A DNA stretch of 64,000 nucleotides from Clostridiales bacterium. Its GTDB lineage: Bacteria; Bacillota; Clostridia; Christensenellales; DTU072. The position numbers and the translations under genes were made by a program. The stretch covers positions 6,499 through 70,498 of the forward strand of contig JAAZJD010000075.1 in the NCBI GenBank assembly GCA_012800525.1. Direction: 5' to 3'. Positions 41,865 through 52,643 of the stretch are shown piece by piece; the stretch's first letter is position 1, and each line of letters opens with the position of its first letter. The notes beneath the pieces are model-generated. The model searched no databases and was not told the DNA's origin. It worked only from the letters and a program-made list of their open reading frames with translations.

Positions 41865-41892
41865 ATTATAACACATAAAAATTTTATGTCAA
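41865..41892 (-). promoter_or_regulatory. sigma-A promoter of the hrcA-grpE-dnaK-dnaJ operon
   Basis: The minus strand reads TTGACA-16 nt-TATAAT with an extended TGt upstream of the -10. Confidence 0.75.
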
Positions 41893-41916
41893 CAGAATTT
41901 TTGCATTAAAAAAAAT

Positions 41917-43032
41917 TTAAAAATCTAACAATTCTACTAAAAGCGAATTTTCAAAAATCAAGTACTCTGATTTTATCTTTATAAAAGAATTATCTACATC
42001 AAAATATTGTTCAATCGGCTTTAATTTGTTTGAGTATTTATCTAAAAAATTAGCACCAAATATTTCTTTAAATATTTCCAAATTTAATCCCGTAGACAGT
42101 CTTAAAGATAGCATTATAAACTCATTTTCCATTTCATTCTTAGATAATTCTTGAAATTCTTTTTTATAATAAAAATCATTTGTATTTGCATACCTAATAT
42201 TTCCAATTTTGCTACAAGCAGTTGGTCCTAAACCAATATAATCCATATAACTCCAGTACATTAAATTATGTTTACTTTGATAACTAGGCAATGAGAAGTT
42301 ACTTATTTCATATTGCTTAAATTTATATTTTTTTAATTCATTACTTGTAAAAATATATAAATCTGCAAGTTCATCTTCGCTTGCTACTTTTAATCCTGAA
42401 TTTATCATTGATTTTAATTTAGAATTTTGAGGGACCTCTAACATATAAACCGAAATATGCTTAATATATTCAGCTACCCTATCAATAAAATATGTAATAT
42501 CACCTTTTGTTTGATATGGTATACCTAACATTAAATCACAAGATAAGTTATCAAAATATTTAGAATACTTTTTTAAACAATTAATAGCATCATCGGCATT
42601 ATGAACCCTTCCAATGCTGTTTAAAGACTTATTGTTTAAAGACTGAATCCCAATTGAAATACGATTAACTCCAATATTTTTTAAAAACTCTGGACTAAGA
42701 CCTGCTCCAGGATTAATTTCAACGGTAAATTCTTGCAAATCTAAATTGAAATTATCATATATATTTTGGTATATTTTTTGAAAATCTTCTTCTGTAATTG
42801 AATTGGGAGTTCCACCACCCAAATATAAAGTATTCACTTTTCTATTAGCTATTAATTTTTTAAATTCTTGAATTTCTCTTTCTAAATATTTAATATATGT
42901 TTGAGTTTTTGTTTTAGAATAAGGAACCGAATAAAAATCGCAATAAAAACATTTTTTTAAACAAAAAGGAACATGTACATACATGCCAAGTTTATTTACA
43001 AATGCGGAAAATTCATGCTGTTTTTTCGTCAA
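41917..43032 (-). CDS. hemW: radical SAM heme chaperone HemW (HemN-like, oxygen-independent coproporphyrinogen oxidase-like)
   Basis: 371 aa. HVPFCLKKCFYCDF (CxxxCxxC) and YLGGGTP. Lies between lepA and hrcA, as in Bacillus. Confidence 0.85.
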   Translation of the reverse strand: MTKKQHEFSAFVNKLGMYVHVPFCLKKCFYCDFYSVPYSKTKTQTYIKYLEREIQEFKKLIANRKVNTLYLGGGTPNSITEEDFQKIYQNIYDNFNLDLQEFTVEINPGAGLSPEFLKNIGVNRISIGIQSLNNKSLNSIGRVHNADDAINCLKKYSKYFDNLSCDLMLGIPYQTKGDITYFIDRVAEYIKHISVYMLEVPQNSKLKSMINSGLKVASEDELADLYIFTSNELKKYKFKQYEISNFSLPSYQSKHNLMYWSYMDYIGLGPTACSKIGNIRYANTNDFYYKKEFQELSKNEMENEFIMLSLRLSTGLNLEIFKEIFGANFLDKYSNKLKPIEQYFDVDNSFIKIKSEYLIFENSLLVELLDF

Positions 43033-43035
43033 AGT

Positions 43036-44838
43036 TTATCTACCATCATACTTAAGAATAGACATAAATGCTTCAGAAGGAATTTGAACAGAACCTACTT
43101 GTCTCATTCTTTTTTTACCTTCTTTTTGTTTTTCTAACAGTTTCTTCTTCCTAGAGATATCACCACCATAACACTTCGCTAAAACATCCTTTCTCAATGC
43201 TTTGACAGTTTCTCTAGCAATCACTTTAGAGCCAATTGAAGCTTGAATTGGAATTTCAAACATTTGCCTAGGTATGGCATCTTTTAGTTTTTCTGCCACT
43301 GAACGCCCTCTAGTATATGCAAAATCCTTATGAACAATCAAAGATAACGCATCACATACTTCACCATTTAACAAAAAGTCAAGTTTCACTAAAGCATTAG
43401 GCTCGTATCCAATTATTTCATAATCTAAGCTCGCATATCCTTTTGAGCGAGATTTTAATATGTCGAAAAAATCATAAATAATTTCTGAAAGTGGTATCTT
43501 ATAATCGATTTTTACTCTAGATGTATCTATGTAAGTCATATTTAAATATTCACCTCTTTTGTCTTGACATAGTTCCATAATAGGACCTACATATTCTGGA
43601 GGAGTATATATATTAGCTTCTACAACGGGTTCTAGAATTTTTTCTATTTCTGTAGGATTAGGGAAATGTGTTGGATTATCAACACTTACCTCAATTCCAT
43701 CTGTTTTTATTACTTTGTATACAACACTCGGTGCAGTGGTGACAAGATCCAAGTCAAACTCCCTTTCAAGCCTCTCGACAATAATTTCCATATGTAATAA
43801 CCCTAAAAATCCAACTCTAAAACCAAATCCTAGGGCTCCAGAACTTTCAGGCTCAAAAATCAAGGCGGCATCATTTAAGTTTAACTTTTCCATAGCTTCC
43901 CTTAAGTCATTATACCTACTTCCATCTGCTGGATAAATTCCTGCAAAAACCATTGGTGATGCCTTTTTATAACCTACTAAAGGTTCTTTTGCTGGATTAG
44001 TAACAGTCGTAATCGTATCACCTACAGATGTATCTTTAACATTTTTAATACTAGCAGCTAAATATCCCACATCCCCTGCATTTAAGCTTTCGACAGCTAA
44101 CATAGAGGGAGTAAATATTCCCACTTCTGTGCATTCAAACTCTTTCCCATTTGAAAACATTTTTATTAAATCACCTTTTTTTACACTTCCTTCTACAATT
44201 CTAACATTACAAATAGCCCCTTTAAAATTATCATACATGCTATCAAAGATTAAAGCTTTTAAAGGTTTAGTGCAATCGCCTGTTGGATGAGGGATTACAT
44301 CAATTATTTTATCTAACAAAGGAATTATTCCTATGCCCTCTTTAGCGCTTATTAATGGTGCATCAGAAGCATCAAGTCCTATAATATCTTCTATTTCCTG
44401 TTTTACTAAATCAGGTTGGGCAGATGCTAAATCAATTTTATTTATTGTTGGGATGATAGTTAAATCATTTTCTAATGCTAGATATACATTTGTTAAAGTT
44501 TGAGCCTCAATGCCTTGTGAAGCATCAACAATTAAAATAGCTCCCTCACATGCGGCAAGTGACCGTGATACTTCATATGTAAAATCAACATGCCCAGGTG
44601 TATCTATTAAATTAAAAGTATAAACCTTATCATCCCTTTTATATTTCATGGTTACTGGAGTGAGTTTAATTGTAATACCTCTTTCACGTTCTAAGTCCAT
44701 GCTATCTAAAATTTGATTTTTAAATTCTCGTTTAGAAACTGCACCTGTGGCTTCAATAATCCTATCAGCCAAAGTACTTTTACCATGATCAATATGTGCT
44801 ATTATACAAAAGTTTCTTGTTAATTCTTGCTTATTCAT
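43036..44838 (-). CDS. lepA: translation elongation factor 4 (LepA)
   Basis: 600 aa. G1 [17 protein letters not shown] and NKID, plus the conserved LepA C-terminal domain ([21 protein letters not shown]). Confidence 0.97.
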   Translation of the reverse strand: MNKQELTRNFCIIAHIDHGKSTLADRIIEATGAVSKREFKNQILDSMDLERERGITIKLTPVTMKYKRDDKVYTFNLIDTPGHVDFTYEVSRSLAACEGAILIVDASQGIEAQTLTNVYLALENDLTIIPTINKIDLASAQPDLVKQEIEDIIGLDASDAPLISAKEGIGIIPLLDKIIDVIPHPTGDCTKPLKALIFDSMYDNFKGAICNVRIVEGSVKKGDLIKMFSNGKEFECTEVGIFTPSMLAVESLNAGDVGYLAASIKNVKDTSVGDTITTVTNPAKEPLVGYKKASPMVFAGIYPADGSRYNDLREAMEKLNLNDAALIFEPESSGALGFGFRVGFLGLLHMEIIVERLEREFDLDLVTTAPSVVYKVIKTDGIEVSVDNPTHFPNPTEIEKILEPVVEANIYTPPEYVGPIMELCQDKRGEYLNMTYIDTSRVKIDYKIPLSEIIYDFFDILKSRSKGYASLDYEIIGYEPNALVKLDFLLNGEVCDALSLIVHKDFAYTRGRSVAEKLKDAIPRQMFEIPIQASIGSKVIARETVKALRKDVLAKCYGGDISRKKKLLEKQKEGKKRMRQVGSVQIPSEAFMSILKYDGR

Positions 44839-45061
44839 CTTCCAACCTAAAATACTTTGTATTTTCCCTTTTATACTGCATAAATATTAACATATTAAAT
44901 AATATTTAGGCTAATATTTCATTGTCTACTATTTAAAACAACTTATTTTACCTTTATTTTATGTGAAAAAATTATTTTTATATGGAAAAACCTCGCTTAA
45001 CAGTGTATACTTATTTATATAAATAAAAATATAAATATAAAATTATTCTAGCGAGGTTAAA

Positions 45062-45823
45062 ATGCGTATTTATGAAATTCCAATTGCACATAGAGGTTTA
45101 CATAATAAAGAAGTTCCGGAAAACTCAATGCAATCCTTTGAATTAGCGATAGAAAAAGGGTTCAATATAGAAACTGATGTACATTTAACTAAAGATGGCA
45201 CCGTTGTATGTTTTCATGATTTTTCACTCAAACGTATGTTGAATGGCATAAAAGGAGGGATTTCATCTTTCACGATAGATGAGCTTAGGTCAGATGCAAA
45301 ATATCAACTACCTAATGGCGAGTTTATACCAACTCTCAAAGAATTGATAGATCTTGTAAATGGTAAAGTCGATATTTTAGTTGAGTTAAAATCTAAAAGC
45401 ACTTTTACATATGCTCTTGAAAGAAACACGCTAGAATTAGTTAAAGATTTGGATTGGATTTCCGTTCAATCGTTTAATCCTATTTCTTTAATTTGGTTTA
45501 ACAAAAATTATCCTGCTACTAGAAAAGGACAATTAGATGCTGGTAGAGTAAACTTTGCGACAAAACTATTACAAAAACTTGGTGGAGCTTTTTCTATGTT
45601 TGAAAAACACAATTGTAATTTCCTTGCTTACAATATAAATCAAATATCTGATCCTCAGGTATTAGCAAATAAAGAGTTGTTAAACTATAAGCTATTGTCA
45701 TGGACTGTTGATACTCCTGAAAAAATGCAAAAAGCTAAAGATCATCAAGTTGACAATATAATCTTTGAGAAAATAAATATAGATGCTTCAACATACAAAA
45801 ATTTAAAACCGATAAACAAATAA
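45062..45823 (+). CDS. glycerophosphodiester phosphodiesterase family protein
   Basis: 253 aa. IAHRGLH..ENSMQSF..A...G.NIETDVHLTKDGTVVCFHD is the GDPD active-site region. Confidence 0.85.
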   Translation: MRIYEIPIAHRGLHNKEVPENSMQSFELAIEKGFNIETDVHLTKDGTVVCFHDFSLKRMLNGIKGGISSFTIDELRSDAKYQLPNGEFIPTLKELIDLVNGKVDILVELKSKSTFTYALERNTLELVKDLDWISVQSFNPISLIWFNKNYPATRKGQLDAGRVNFATKLLQKLGGAFSMFEKHNCNFLAYNINQISDPQVLANKELLNYKLLSWTVDTPEKMQKAKDHQVDNIIFEKINIDASTYKNLKPINK

Positions 45824-45852
45824 AAAGTGACCTAAATAACCATCTAGATCAC
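45821..45852 (-). terminator. probable terminator of the nifS-nifU unit (convergent with the GDPD gene)
   Basis: The minus-strand RNA reads GUGAUCUA-10 nt loop-UAGGUCAC (8 bp with one mismatch) followed by UUUUUAUUU. The T-tract overlaps the GDPD stop codon. Confidence 0.4.
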
Positions 45853-45885
45853 ATTGAATATTAACAAAACTAATGTTCCAAAACA

Positions 45886-46251
45886 CTAGTTTTTATTTTT
45901 ATAGTCTTCTACAGCCTTTTTAATGGCCTCTTCAGCCAAAACTGAGCAATGAATTTTTTGTGGGGGCATGCCCTCAAGCTCTTCAACAACTTCAGAATTT
46001 TTCAAATTTAATGCTTCATCTATATTTTTACCAATTACCATCTTTGTTGCTATAGAACTTGAAGCAATGGCTGCTACGCAACCAAATGTTTTAAAACTTG
46101 CATCAACAATTATATCATCTTCAATTTTAAGAAATATTTGCAAAATATCACCACATTTTGCATTGCCAGCTGTTCCAATAGCATTGGCATCCTTTAATTC
46201 ACCCATATTTTGAGGGTTTTTAAATTCATTTAAGATTTTTTCATTGTACAT
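45886..46251 (-). CDS. nifU: Fe-S cluster assembly scaffold (NifU N-terminal / IscU-type)
   Basis: 121 aa. Three conserved cysteines in NAKCGD, FGCVAAIASS and HCSVLA. Confidence 0.9.
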   Translation of the reverse strand: MYNEKILNEFKNPQNMGELKDANAIGTAGNAKCGDILQIFLKIEDDIIVDASFKTFGCVAAIASSSIATKMVIGKNIDEALNLKNSEVVEELEGMPPQKIHCSVLAEEAIKKAVEDYKNKN

Positions 46252-46263
46252 ATTTTTGTCCTC

Positions 46264-47427
46264 TTATGTTGCTATATATAATGGTGAAAGTTTTCTTAAT
46301 CTTTCAACTGCAATTACCAATTGCTCATAAACATAATTCATTTCTTCTATTGTGGTATCTTTACTCATAGAAAACCTAATAGAACTATGTGCTAACTCTT
46401 CCTTGACACCTAAAGCTGAGATAACATGTGAAGCTTCTAGTGCTCCCGATGCACAAGCAGAACCACTACTTACTGCTATGCCAAACAGGTCAAGCATCAT
46501 CAATAAGCTTTCTCCTTCTATAAATTCAAAACTGATATTTATATTACCTGGAAGTCTCTTTTTTTTGTGTCCATTTAAGTATGTATACGGGATATTTTTA
46601 AGTACTTTATCAATAAAATTATCTCTTAATTCTATTTTTTTAGCATTAATTTCAAATCTGTTTTTTGCACATATATCTAATGCTTTAGCCATTCCTACAA
46701 TTAACTCAACAGGAGTTGTTCCTGCTCTTTCTCCCCTTTCTTGATGACCACCAGAAATTAATGGTGTAATTTTTACACCTGAACGTTTATATAGCGCCCC
46801 AATTCCTTTAGGTCCATAAAATTTATGGGATGAAAAAGACATTAAATCAATATTTAAATAATTAACATCTATATCTTGTGTATCAATGGCTTGGACTGCA
46901 TCAGTGTGAAATAATACTCCTTCTTTTTTGCATATTTCCCCAATTTCTTTTATCGGTTGTATCGTTCCTATTTCATTATTCGCAAACATAATACTAACTA
47001 ACAATGTGTTATCATTAATTGAACGTTTGAGCTCATCTAGATTAATCATCCCAAATTTATCAACATCTAAACGAGTTATTAAAACTCCTTGTTTCTCAAG
47101 CAAATCACAAGTTTCAAGCACTGCAGGATGTTCAATTTTTGAGATAATAATATGTTTAACTTGTTGTTTAGCACTATTTACTACACCTTTAATTGCCCAA
47201 TTATCACTTTCTGTTCCACCAGAAGTAAAAAATATTTCACTTGGTAACGCATTGAAATGTGAGGCAATGCTATTTCTGGCAGAGTCTACATGTTTAAGAG
47301 CTTCTCGCCCAAATGAATGAATAGATGAGGAGTTCCCATATATTTCACTCATAAATTTGTTCATTTCTAGCACAACCTCTCTATCTACCTTTGTGGTTGC
47401 TGCATTGTCTAAATATACTTGCATCAT
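46264..47427 (-). CDS. nifS: cysteine desulfurase (NifS type)
   Basis: 387 aa. YLDNAATT, SSHKFYGPKG (PLP lysine) and the active-site loop SSGSACASG. Confidence 0.9.
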   Translation of the reverse strand: MMQVYLDNAATTKVDREVVLEMNKFMSEIYGNSSSIHSFGREALKHVDSARNSIASHFNALPSEIFFTSGGTESDNWAIKGVVNSAKQQVKHIIISKIEHPAVLETCDLLEKQGVLITRLDVDKFGMINLDELKRSINDNTLLVSIMFANNEIGTIQPIKEIGEICKKEGVLFHTDAVQAIDTQDIDVNYLNIDLMSFSSHKFYGPKGIGALYKRSGVKITPLISGGHQERGERAGTTPVELIVGMAKALDICAKNRFEINAKKIELRDNFIDKVLKNIPYTYLNGHKKKRLPGNINISFEFIEGESLLMMLDLFGIAVSSGSACASGALEASHVISALGVKEELAHSSIRFSMSKDTTIEEMNYVYEQLVIAVERLRKLSPLYIAT

Positions 47428-47438
47428 TTTTAAAATAT

Positions 47439-48701
47439 CTATACCTTAAAAACTCCATCATATAATGGGAATCTATTTGTTAGTTCATTAACTCTTAGTT
47501 TTGTTCTATCAATTGCTAACTCTTTATTCTTAATGATATCAACAATGCATTCCCCAATAACCACCATTTCTTTTGCTCCCATACCTCTAGTTGTAACGCT
47601 TGGTGTACCTATCCTTAAGCCATTTGGATTAAAGGGGCTAGCATTATCAAAAGGTATTGTATTTTTATTTGTCGTAATATTGACAAGATCTAATAAATGC
47701 TCTAATTCCTTACCAGTTAGACCTGTTCCTCTTAGATCTAATAACATTAAATGATTATCTGTACCATTGGAAAATAATTTGATGTCATTGTTCATCAAAG
47801 TTTTAGCTAAAACCCTTGCATTTTCAACAACATTTTTTTGATAATTTATAAATTCAGGAGTTAAAGCTTCAGCTAAAGCAACAGCTTTAGCAGCAATTAT
47901 ATGCATTAATGGACCGCCTTGGGCACCAGGAAATACAGCTTTATTTATTTTCTTATATATTTCTTCATCATTTGTAAGTATTATTCCGCCCCTTGGACCT
48001 CTTAAAGTTTTATGTGTTGTCGTTGTAACAACATGCGCATAAGGAATAGGACTTTGATGAAGTCCTGCTGCAACCAAGCCAGCAATATGAGCCATATCTA
48101 CCATCAAATAAGCGCCAACCTCATCTGCTATTTCTCTGAATTTAGCAAAATCAATTACCCTAGGATATGCACTTGCTCCAGCAATAATCATCTTAACTTT
48201 ATTTTCCTTAGCAAGCCTTCTAACCTCTTCGTAATCGATATAACCATGTTCATTTACACCATAAGAAATGATTTCATATAAAATTCCACTAAAATTTACT
48301 GGACTGCCATGAGTTAAATGACCACCATGACTTAAATTCATTCCTAACACCTTGTCACCAGGATTTAATAGTGCTAAATATGTTTCAAAATTTACATTGC
48401 TGCCTGAATGACCTTGAACATTTGCAAATTTAGCATTAAACAACTTTTTTGCACGTTCTATTGCAAGGTTTTCTATTTCATCCACAAACTCACAACCACC
48501 ATAATATCTTTTACTGGGATACCCTTCGGCATATTTATTTGTTAAATGAGTTCCAGCAGCAACCATCACAGGTTGTGATACAAAGTTTTCACTAGCAATC
48601 AGCTCTATATTGTTTTCTTGGCGATTTAATTCTTTAACTAATGAACTATATAATTGCTCATCGACAGCCTTTATAATAGTTAAATCAATCATCTTTTCCA
48701 A
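47439..48701 (-). CDS. glyA: serine hydroxymethyltransferase
   Basis: 420 aa. [22 protein letters not shown] and [15 protein letters not shown]. Confidence 0.97.
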   Translation of the reverse strand: MEKMIDLTIIKAVDEQLYSSLVKELNRQENNIELIASENFVSQPVMVAAGTHLTNKYAEGYPSKRYYGGCEFVDEIENLAIERAKKLFNAKFANVQGHSGSNVNFETYLALLNPGDKVLGMNLSHGGHLTHGSPVNFSGILYEIISYGVNEHGYIDYEEVRRLAKENKVKMIIAGASAYPRVIDFAKFREIADEVGAYLMVDMAHIAGLVAAGLHQSPIPYAHVVTTTTHKTLRGPRGGIILTNDEEIYKKINKAVFPGAQGGPLMHIIAAKAVALAEALTPEFINYQKNVVENARVLAKTLMNNDIKLFSNGTDNHLMLLDLRGTGLTGKELEHLLDLVNITTNKNTIPFDNASPFNPNGLRIGTPSVTTRGMGAKEMVVIGECIVDIIKNKELAIDRTKLRVNELTNRFPLYDGVFKV

Positions 48702-48706
48702 ACCTC

Positions 48707-49021
48707 TTAGATGTTGTCATCTATCATTTTAGATAAATCCGCATAACTTCTCATTCCTGAAAATTTATTAACTAAGCTACCATTTTTAAACAATGCCAAT
48801 GTTGGAACAGCACTAACTTCAAATTCAATAGCTAAATCCCTGTTTTTTTCAATATCAATTTTAGCAATAACAGCTTTGTCTTCATAGTCGCTTGCTAATT
48901 TTTCTAAAGTTGGCGTAAGCATTCTACATGGCCCACACCAACTAGCAAAAAAGTCGACTAAAACAACACTGTTATTTTGCACGACATTAACCAATTCATC
49001 TCTTCCATTAATTTCCTTCAT
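48707..49021 (-). CDS. trxA: thioredoxin
   Basis: 104 aa. WCGPC active site. TTG start supported by AGAGGT 6 nt upstream. Confidence 0.93.
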   Translation of the reverse strand: MKEINGRDELVNVVQNNSVVLVDFFASWCGPCRMLTPTLEKLASDYEDKAVIAKIDIEKNRDLAIEFEVSAVPTLALFKNGSLVNKFSGMRSYADLSKMIDDNI

Positions 49022-49101
49022 AATAAACCTCTTTAAAATATTTTTTGTTAAATTTCAAACTCAAAACATAATCTAAATTATGTAATTGTATAATAATGAT
49101 T

Positions 49102-49512
49102 TTAATCTATCTCACTTATTACTTCAACCATTTTAGGGACAAAGTTGGATTTCTTTCGAATGATTTTATCCATAATAAAAATCACAATAAAGCTTGCAAC
49201 TAAACTTAGAAAACTTATTAAAAGAGAAACCCAAAGTTTAAGCTTAAATGTGGAAAATAAGGAAACACCAAAAATAATAAGCGGAAAAATATAAACCAAA
49301 AAGGAAGCGGTGATAACAGCTTTATCTGCCATATGCACTCTTACCCTATCACCAGCTTTAGCATCAAGTGTGTTTTTTATTTTCAATTCAACAAAATTTT
49401 CTTCTCTAGGTTTTAAACACATGTTACAATTTTCACATGCTATCTTCCTGTCAAATCTTATTGTTGCATAATTTGATCTAGAGACTTTATAAACAACCCC
49501 GATTTCTTCCAT
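49102..49512 (-). CDS. RseC/MucC-family small membrane protein (SoxR-reducing-system RseC-like)
   Basis: 136 aa. An N-terminal beta-rich domain with CENCNMC and two C-terminal TM helices. Family recalled from this architecture. Confidence 0.55.
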   Translation of the reverse strand: MEEIGVVYKVSRSNYATIRFDRKIACENCNMCLKPREENFVELKIKNTLDAKAGDRVRVHMADKAVITASFLVYIFPLIIFGVSLFSTFKLKLWVSLLISFLSLVASFIVIFIMDKIIRKKSNFVPKMVEVISEID

Positions 49513-49520
49513 TTTAAAAA

Positions 49521-51317
49521 CTAAACACCACTACCTTTTTCACCCGTTATTGTTAAAGAAAGTTCTTCCATTTGTTTCATATCAACTTCACTTGGCGCCT
49601 CAGACATTAAACACTGTGCATTTTGATTTTTAGGGAAAGCAATAACATCTTTAATATTATCAGTTTTTCCAATTAACATCACAAGTCTATCTAAACCAAA
49701 AGCTAATCCACCATGTGGTGGTACACCGTAATTGAAAGCATTTACAAAAAATCCAAAACGCGAATTAATTTGCTCATCACTTAACCCAATTCTTTCAAAC
49801 ATTTTCTTTTGTAATTCTCTAGAATGAATTCTTATTGAACCTCCCCCAGCTTCTTGACCATTAATCACCAAATCATATGCTTTTGATCTCACTTTCAAAG
49901 GATTCTTATCTAGATATTTTAAATCTTTCTCGAGTGGGCTAGTAAATGGATGATGCATAGCAACTAGCCTGTTTTCCTCCTCATCAAATTCAAACAAAGG
50001 AAAATCTACTACCCAAAGAAAAGAGTATTGATTTTTATCAATCAAATTTAGTTTATTTGCTGCAGCTAATCTCACAGCTCCCAAGGCATTACAAACAATT
50101 TGGTTTTTGTCAGCAACAATCAAAATTAAATCGCCTTGTTTTGCTTCAAATTTATTGATGATTTCTTTTAATTGTTCACTAGTAAAAAACTTTGATATTG
50201 ATGAATAAATTCCATCCTCTTTAAGAGCAATGCTAATCAATCCTTTTGCTTTATATTCTTGTGCAATTCTTTGTAGTTGTTCAATTTCTTTTCTTGTAAA
50301 ATTAGCTGCACCTTTAACACAAATACCTCTTACACTATAACCCTTTTTTGCACTATTCTTAAATAAAACAAATTCGGACTTTTTAGCTAATCGTGTTATA
50401 TCAGTTATAAACATCTCAAACCTGGTATCTGGTTTATCACTTCCATAAATATTCATAGCGTCTTTATATGTAATTTGTTTAAATTTTGATTTGAGATTTA
50501 AATTTAATGTTTTGTTGAAAATTTCTTTAATTAAACCTTCTGTTATTTTTATAACATCCCTAACATCGCTTACATAACTCATCTCTATATCAATTTGAGT
50601 AAATTCTGGTTGTCTGTTTGCTCTTAAATCTTCATCTCTAAAACATTTCGCGATCTGATAATATCTATCATATCCCGCAATCATTAATAACTGTTTATAG
50701 ATTTGGGGAGATTGTGGCAAGGCATAAAAAGAACCTTGGTTAACTCTACTTGGAACTAAATAATCCCTCGCACCTTCAGGGGTAGATTTCCCTAAAAACG
50801 GAGTTTCAATATGCAAAAAATGATTTTTTGACATATAATTATGAACAATATTTGTTATTTTATTTCTTAACAAAAGTTGTTTTTGTAAATCAGCCCTTCT
50901 TAAGTCTAAGTATCGATATTTAAGCCGTAAGTTTTCATTAACATTAGAATCACCAATATTAAATGGTGTAGTGTCAGCTTTAGACAAAATTTTTAGCTCA
51001 TTTACAATTATTTCTATTTCACCAGTAGCCAAATTGGGATTAATATTTTCCTTGCCTCTTGCCTGAATAATGCCTTTTACTGCAATTACAAACTCATTTC
51101 TAATATGCGATGCCTTCTCAAAAAGCAAACTATCAATTGATTCTAAAAATGATAGTTGGACAATGCCACTTCTATCTCTTAGATCAATAAACATTATACT
51201 TCCAAGATTTCTATATTTAGCCACGAAGCCCATAGCTGTGACTTTTTTCCCTAAATCTTTTAGTGAAAATTTTCCACAAAGCTTACTTCTTTTATAATTT
51301 CCTAAAAACTCTTCCAT
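49521..51317 (-). CDS. aspS: aspartate--tRNA ligase
   Basis: 598 aa. Class II motifs (FRDEDLRANRQPEFTQID; GGGSIRIH; GLAFGLDRL) and an N-terminal OB fold. Confidence 0.97.
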   Translation of the reverse strand: MEEFLGNYKRSKLCGKFSLKDLGKKVTAMGFVAKYRNLGSIMFIDLRDRSGIVQLSFLESIDSLLFEKASHIRNEFVIAVKGIIQARGKENINPNLATGEIEIIVNELKILSKADTTPFNIGDSNVNENLRLKYRYLDLRRADLQKQLLLRNKITNIVHNYMSKNHFLHIETPFLGKSTPEGARDYLVPSRVNQGSFYALPQSPQIYKQLLMIAGYDRYYQIAKCFRDEDLRANRQPEFTQIDIEMSYVSDVRDVIKITEGLIKEIFNKTLNLNLKSKFKQITYKDAMNIYGSDKPDTRFEMFITDITRLAKKSEFVLFKNSAKKGYSVRGICVKGAANFTRKEIEQLQRIAQEYKAKGLISIALKEDGIYSSISKFFTSEQLKEIINKFEAKQGDLILIVADKNQIVCNALGAVRLAAANKLNLIDKNQYSFLWVVDFPLFEFDEEENRLVAMHHPFTSPLEKDLKYLDKNPLKVRSKAYDLVINGQEAGGGSIRIHSRELQKKMFERIGLSDEQINSRFGFFVNAFNYGVPPHGGLAFGLDRLVMLIGKTDNIKDVIAFPKNQNAQCLMSEAPSEVDMKQMEELSLTITGEKGSGV

Positions 51318-51328
51318 ACCATCTCCGC

Positions 51329-52585
51329 TTAATTATCTTTATTAATAAATTTTATTATGTTATCAATGCTGCCCGTGAAATCTATATTATTTTTCATCGA
51401 CTTAAGTGTATAAATGTCATTTTTTACTTCTTCTTCTCCCACTACAATCACATAATTAAAATCATGTTTATTTGCATATTTCATTTGAGCTTTTACACTT
51501 CTTGTTAAAAAATTTACATCTGCTTTAATTCCATGCTTTCTTAATTTATTTGCCAATAAATATGAAGGAATTATTTCCTTTTCAGAAACATTAATAAAAA
51601 AAACTTGAGGGTTTTCTTTTTCACCAATAAAAAGAGACAATTCTTCCATTACCATGATTAAACGCTCAATACCCAAGCCAAAACCAACGCAAGGCGTATA
51701 GGGTCCTCCAATTTCTGATACTAAGTTATTGTATCTTCCCCCACCACAAACAGTACTTTGTGCACCAAGCGAAGGTGAAATAAATTCAAAAACTGTTCCT
51801 GTATAATAATCCAATCCTCTAACTATTTTCTCATCATCAATGTAATCTATATTGCATGCTTCTAATCCATTATATAAATTTTGCTTATGTGATATGCAAT
51901 CGGCACACAAATAATCTGATACAACCGGGGCCTTTTTGTTTAAGTCAGAGCATTTAATTTCTTTACAATCTAAAATTCGAAGAGGATTTTTATCTAACCT
52001 TTCTCTGCATATACTACAAAGCGAATCAATATTTTCATAATAAAACCTTTTTAGTGCGTTATTATATTCAACTCTACATTTTGAACATCCAATATTATTA
52101 ATATGTAATCTTACATCCGAAATCCCTAGTGATTTAAAAAAGGTATAACCAAGTAGTATAACTTCCAAATCTGCGATGTAGCTATCGCTACCAAAAATCT
52201 CAACGCCAAACTGATGATGTTCTCTCAATCTACCAGATTGCGGCCTTTCATAACGAAATACTGAAGTTATATAATACATTTTTGCAGGATTATATTCCTG
52301 AAAAATATTGTTTTCAATGTAAGATCTCACAACCGATGCCGTTCCTTCTGGTTTCAATGTAATGCTTCTTTTGCCTTTATCTTCAAAGGTATACATTTCT
52401 TTATTGACTATATCAGTTGTCTCACCAATTCCTCTTTGGAACAATTCTGTTGCCTCAAATGTTGGCGTTCTAATTTCAAGAAATCCAAACAATTTAGTGA
52501 TACTCTTAATTTTTTCGTCTATGTAATGCCATTTATATGCCTCTTGTGGAAGCATGTCTTTAGTGCCTTTTTGTATTCTAATCAT
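51329..52585 (-). CDS. hisS: histidine--tRNA ligase
   Basis: 418 aa. GTKDMLP, FRYERPQSGRLREHHQFG, GGGRY and GFGLGIERL motifs. Confidence 0.95.
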   Translation of the reverse strand: MIRIQKGTKDMLPQEAYKWHYIDEKIKSITKLFGFLEIRTPTFEATELFQRGIGETTDIVNKEMYTFEDKGKRSITLKPEGTASVVRSYIENNIFQEYNPAKMYYITSVFRYERPQSGRLREHHQFGVEIFGSDSYIADLEVILLGYTFFKSLGISDVRLHINNIGCSKCRVEYNNALKRFYYENIDSLCSICRERLDKNPLRILDCKEIKCSDLNKKAPVVSDYLCADCISHKQNLYNGLEACNIDYIDDEKIVRGLDYYTGTVFEFISPSLGAQSTVCGGGRYNNLVSEIGGPYTPCVGFGLGIERLIMVMEELSLFIGEKENPQVFFINVSEKEIIPSYLLANKLRKHGIKADVNFLTRSVKAQMKYANKHDFNYVIVVGEEEVKNDIYTLKSMKNNIDFTGSIDNIIKFINKDN

Positions 52586-52643
52586 AAAAATATTCCTTTG
52601 TATTTTAGATATTTATTAATATTGCATAGCTTTAGCAACAAAT

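Noticed and set aside
49067-49084. The ACATAAT-ctaa-ATTATGT hairpin between the rseC-like gene and trxA, considered as a terminator.
   Set aside because: It is a 7-bp all-A/U-rich stem with a weak U-tract, of the kind that arises by chance in AT-rich spacers. At best it is a very leaky terminator.
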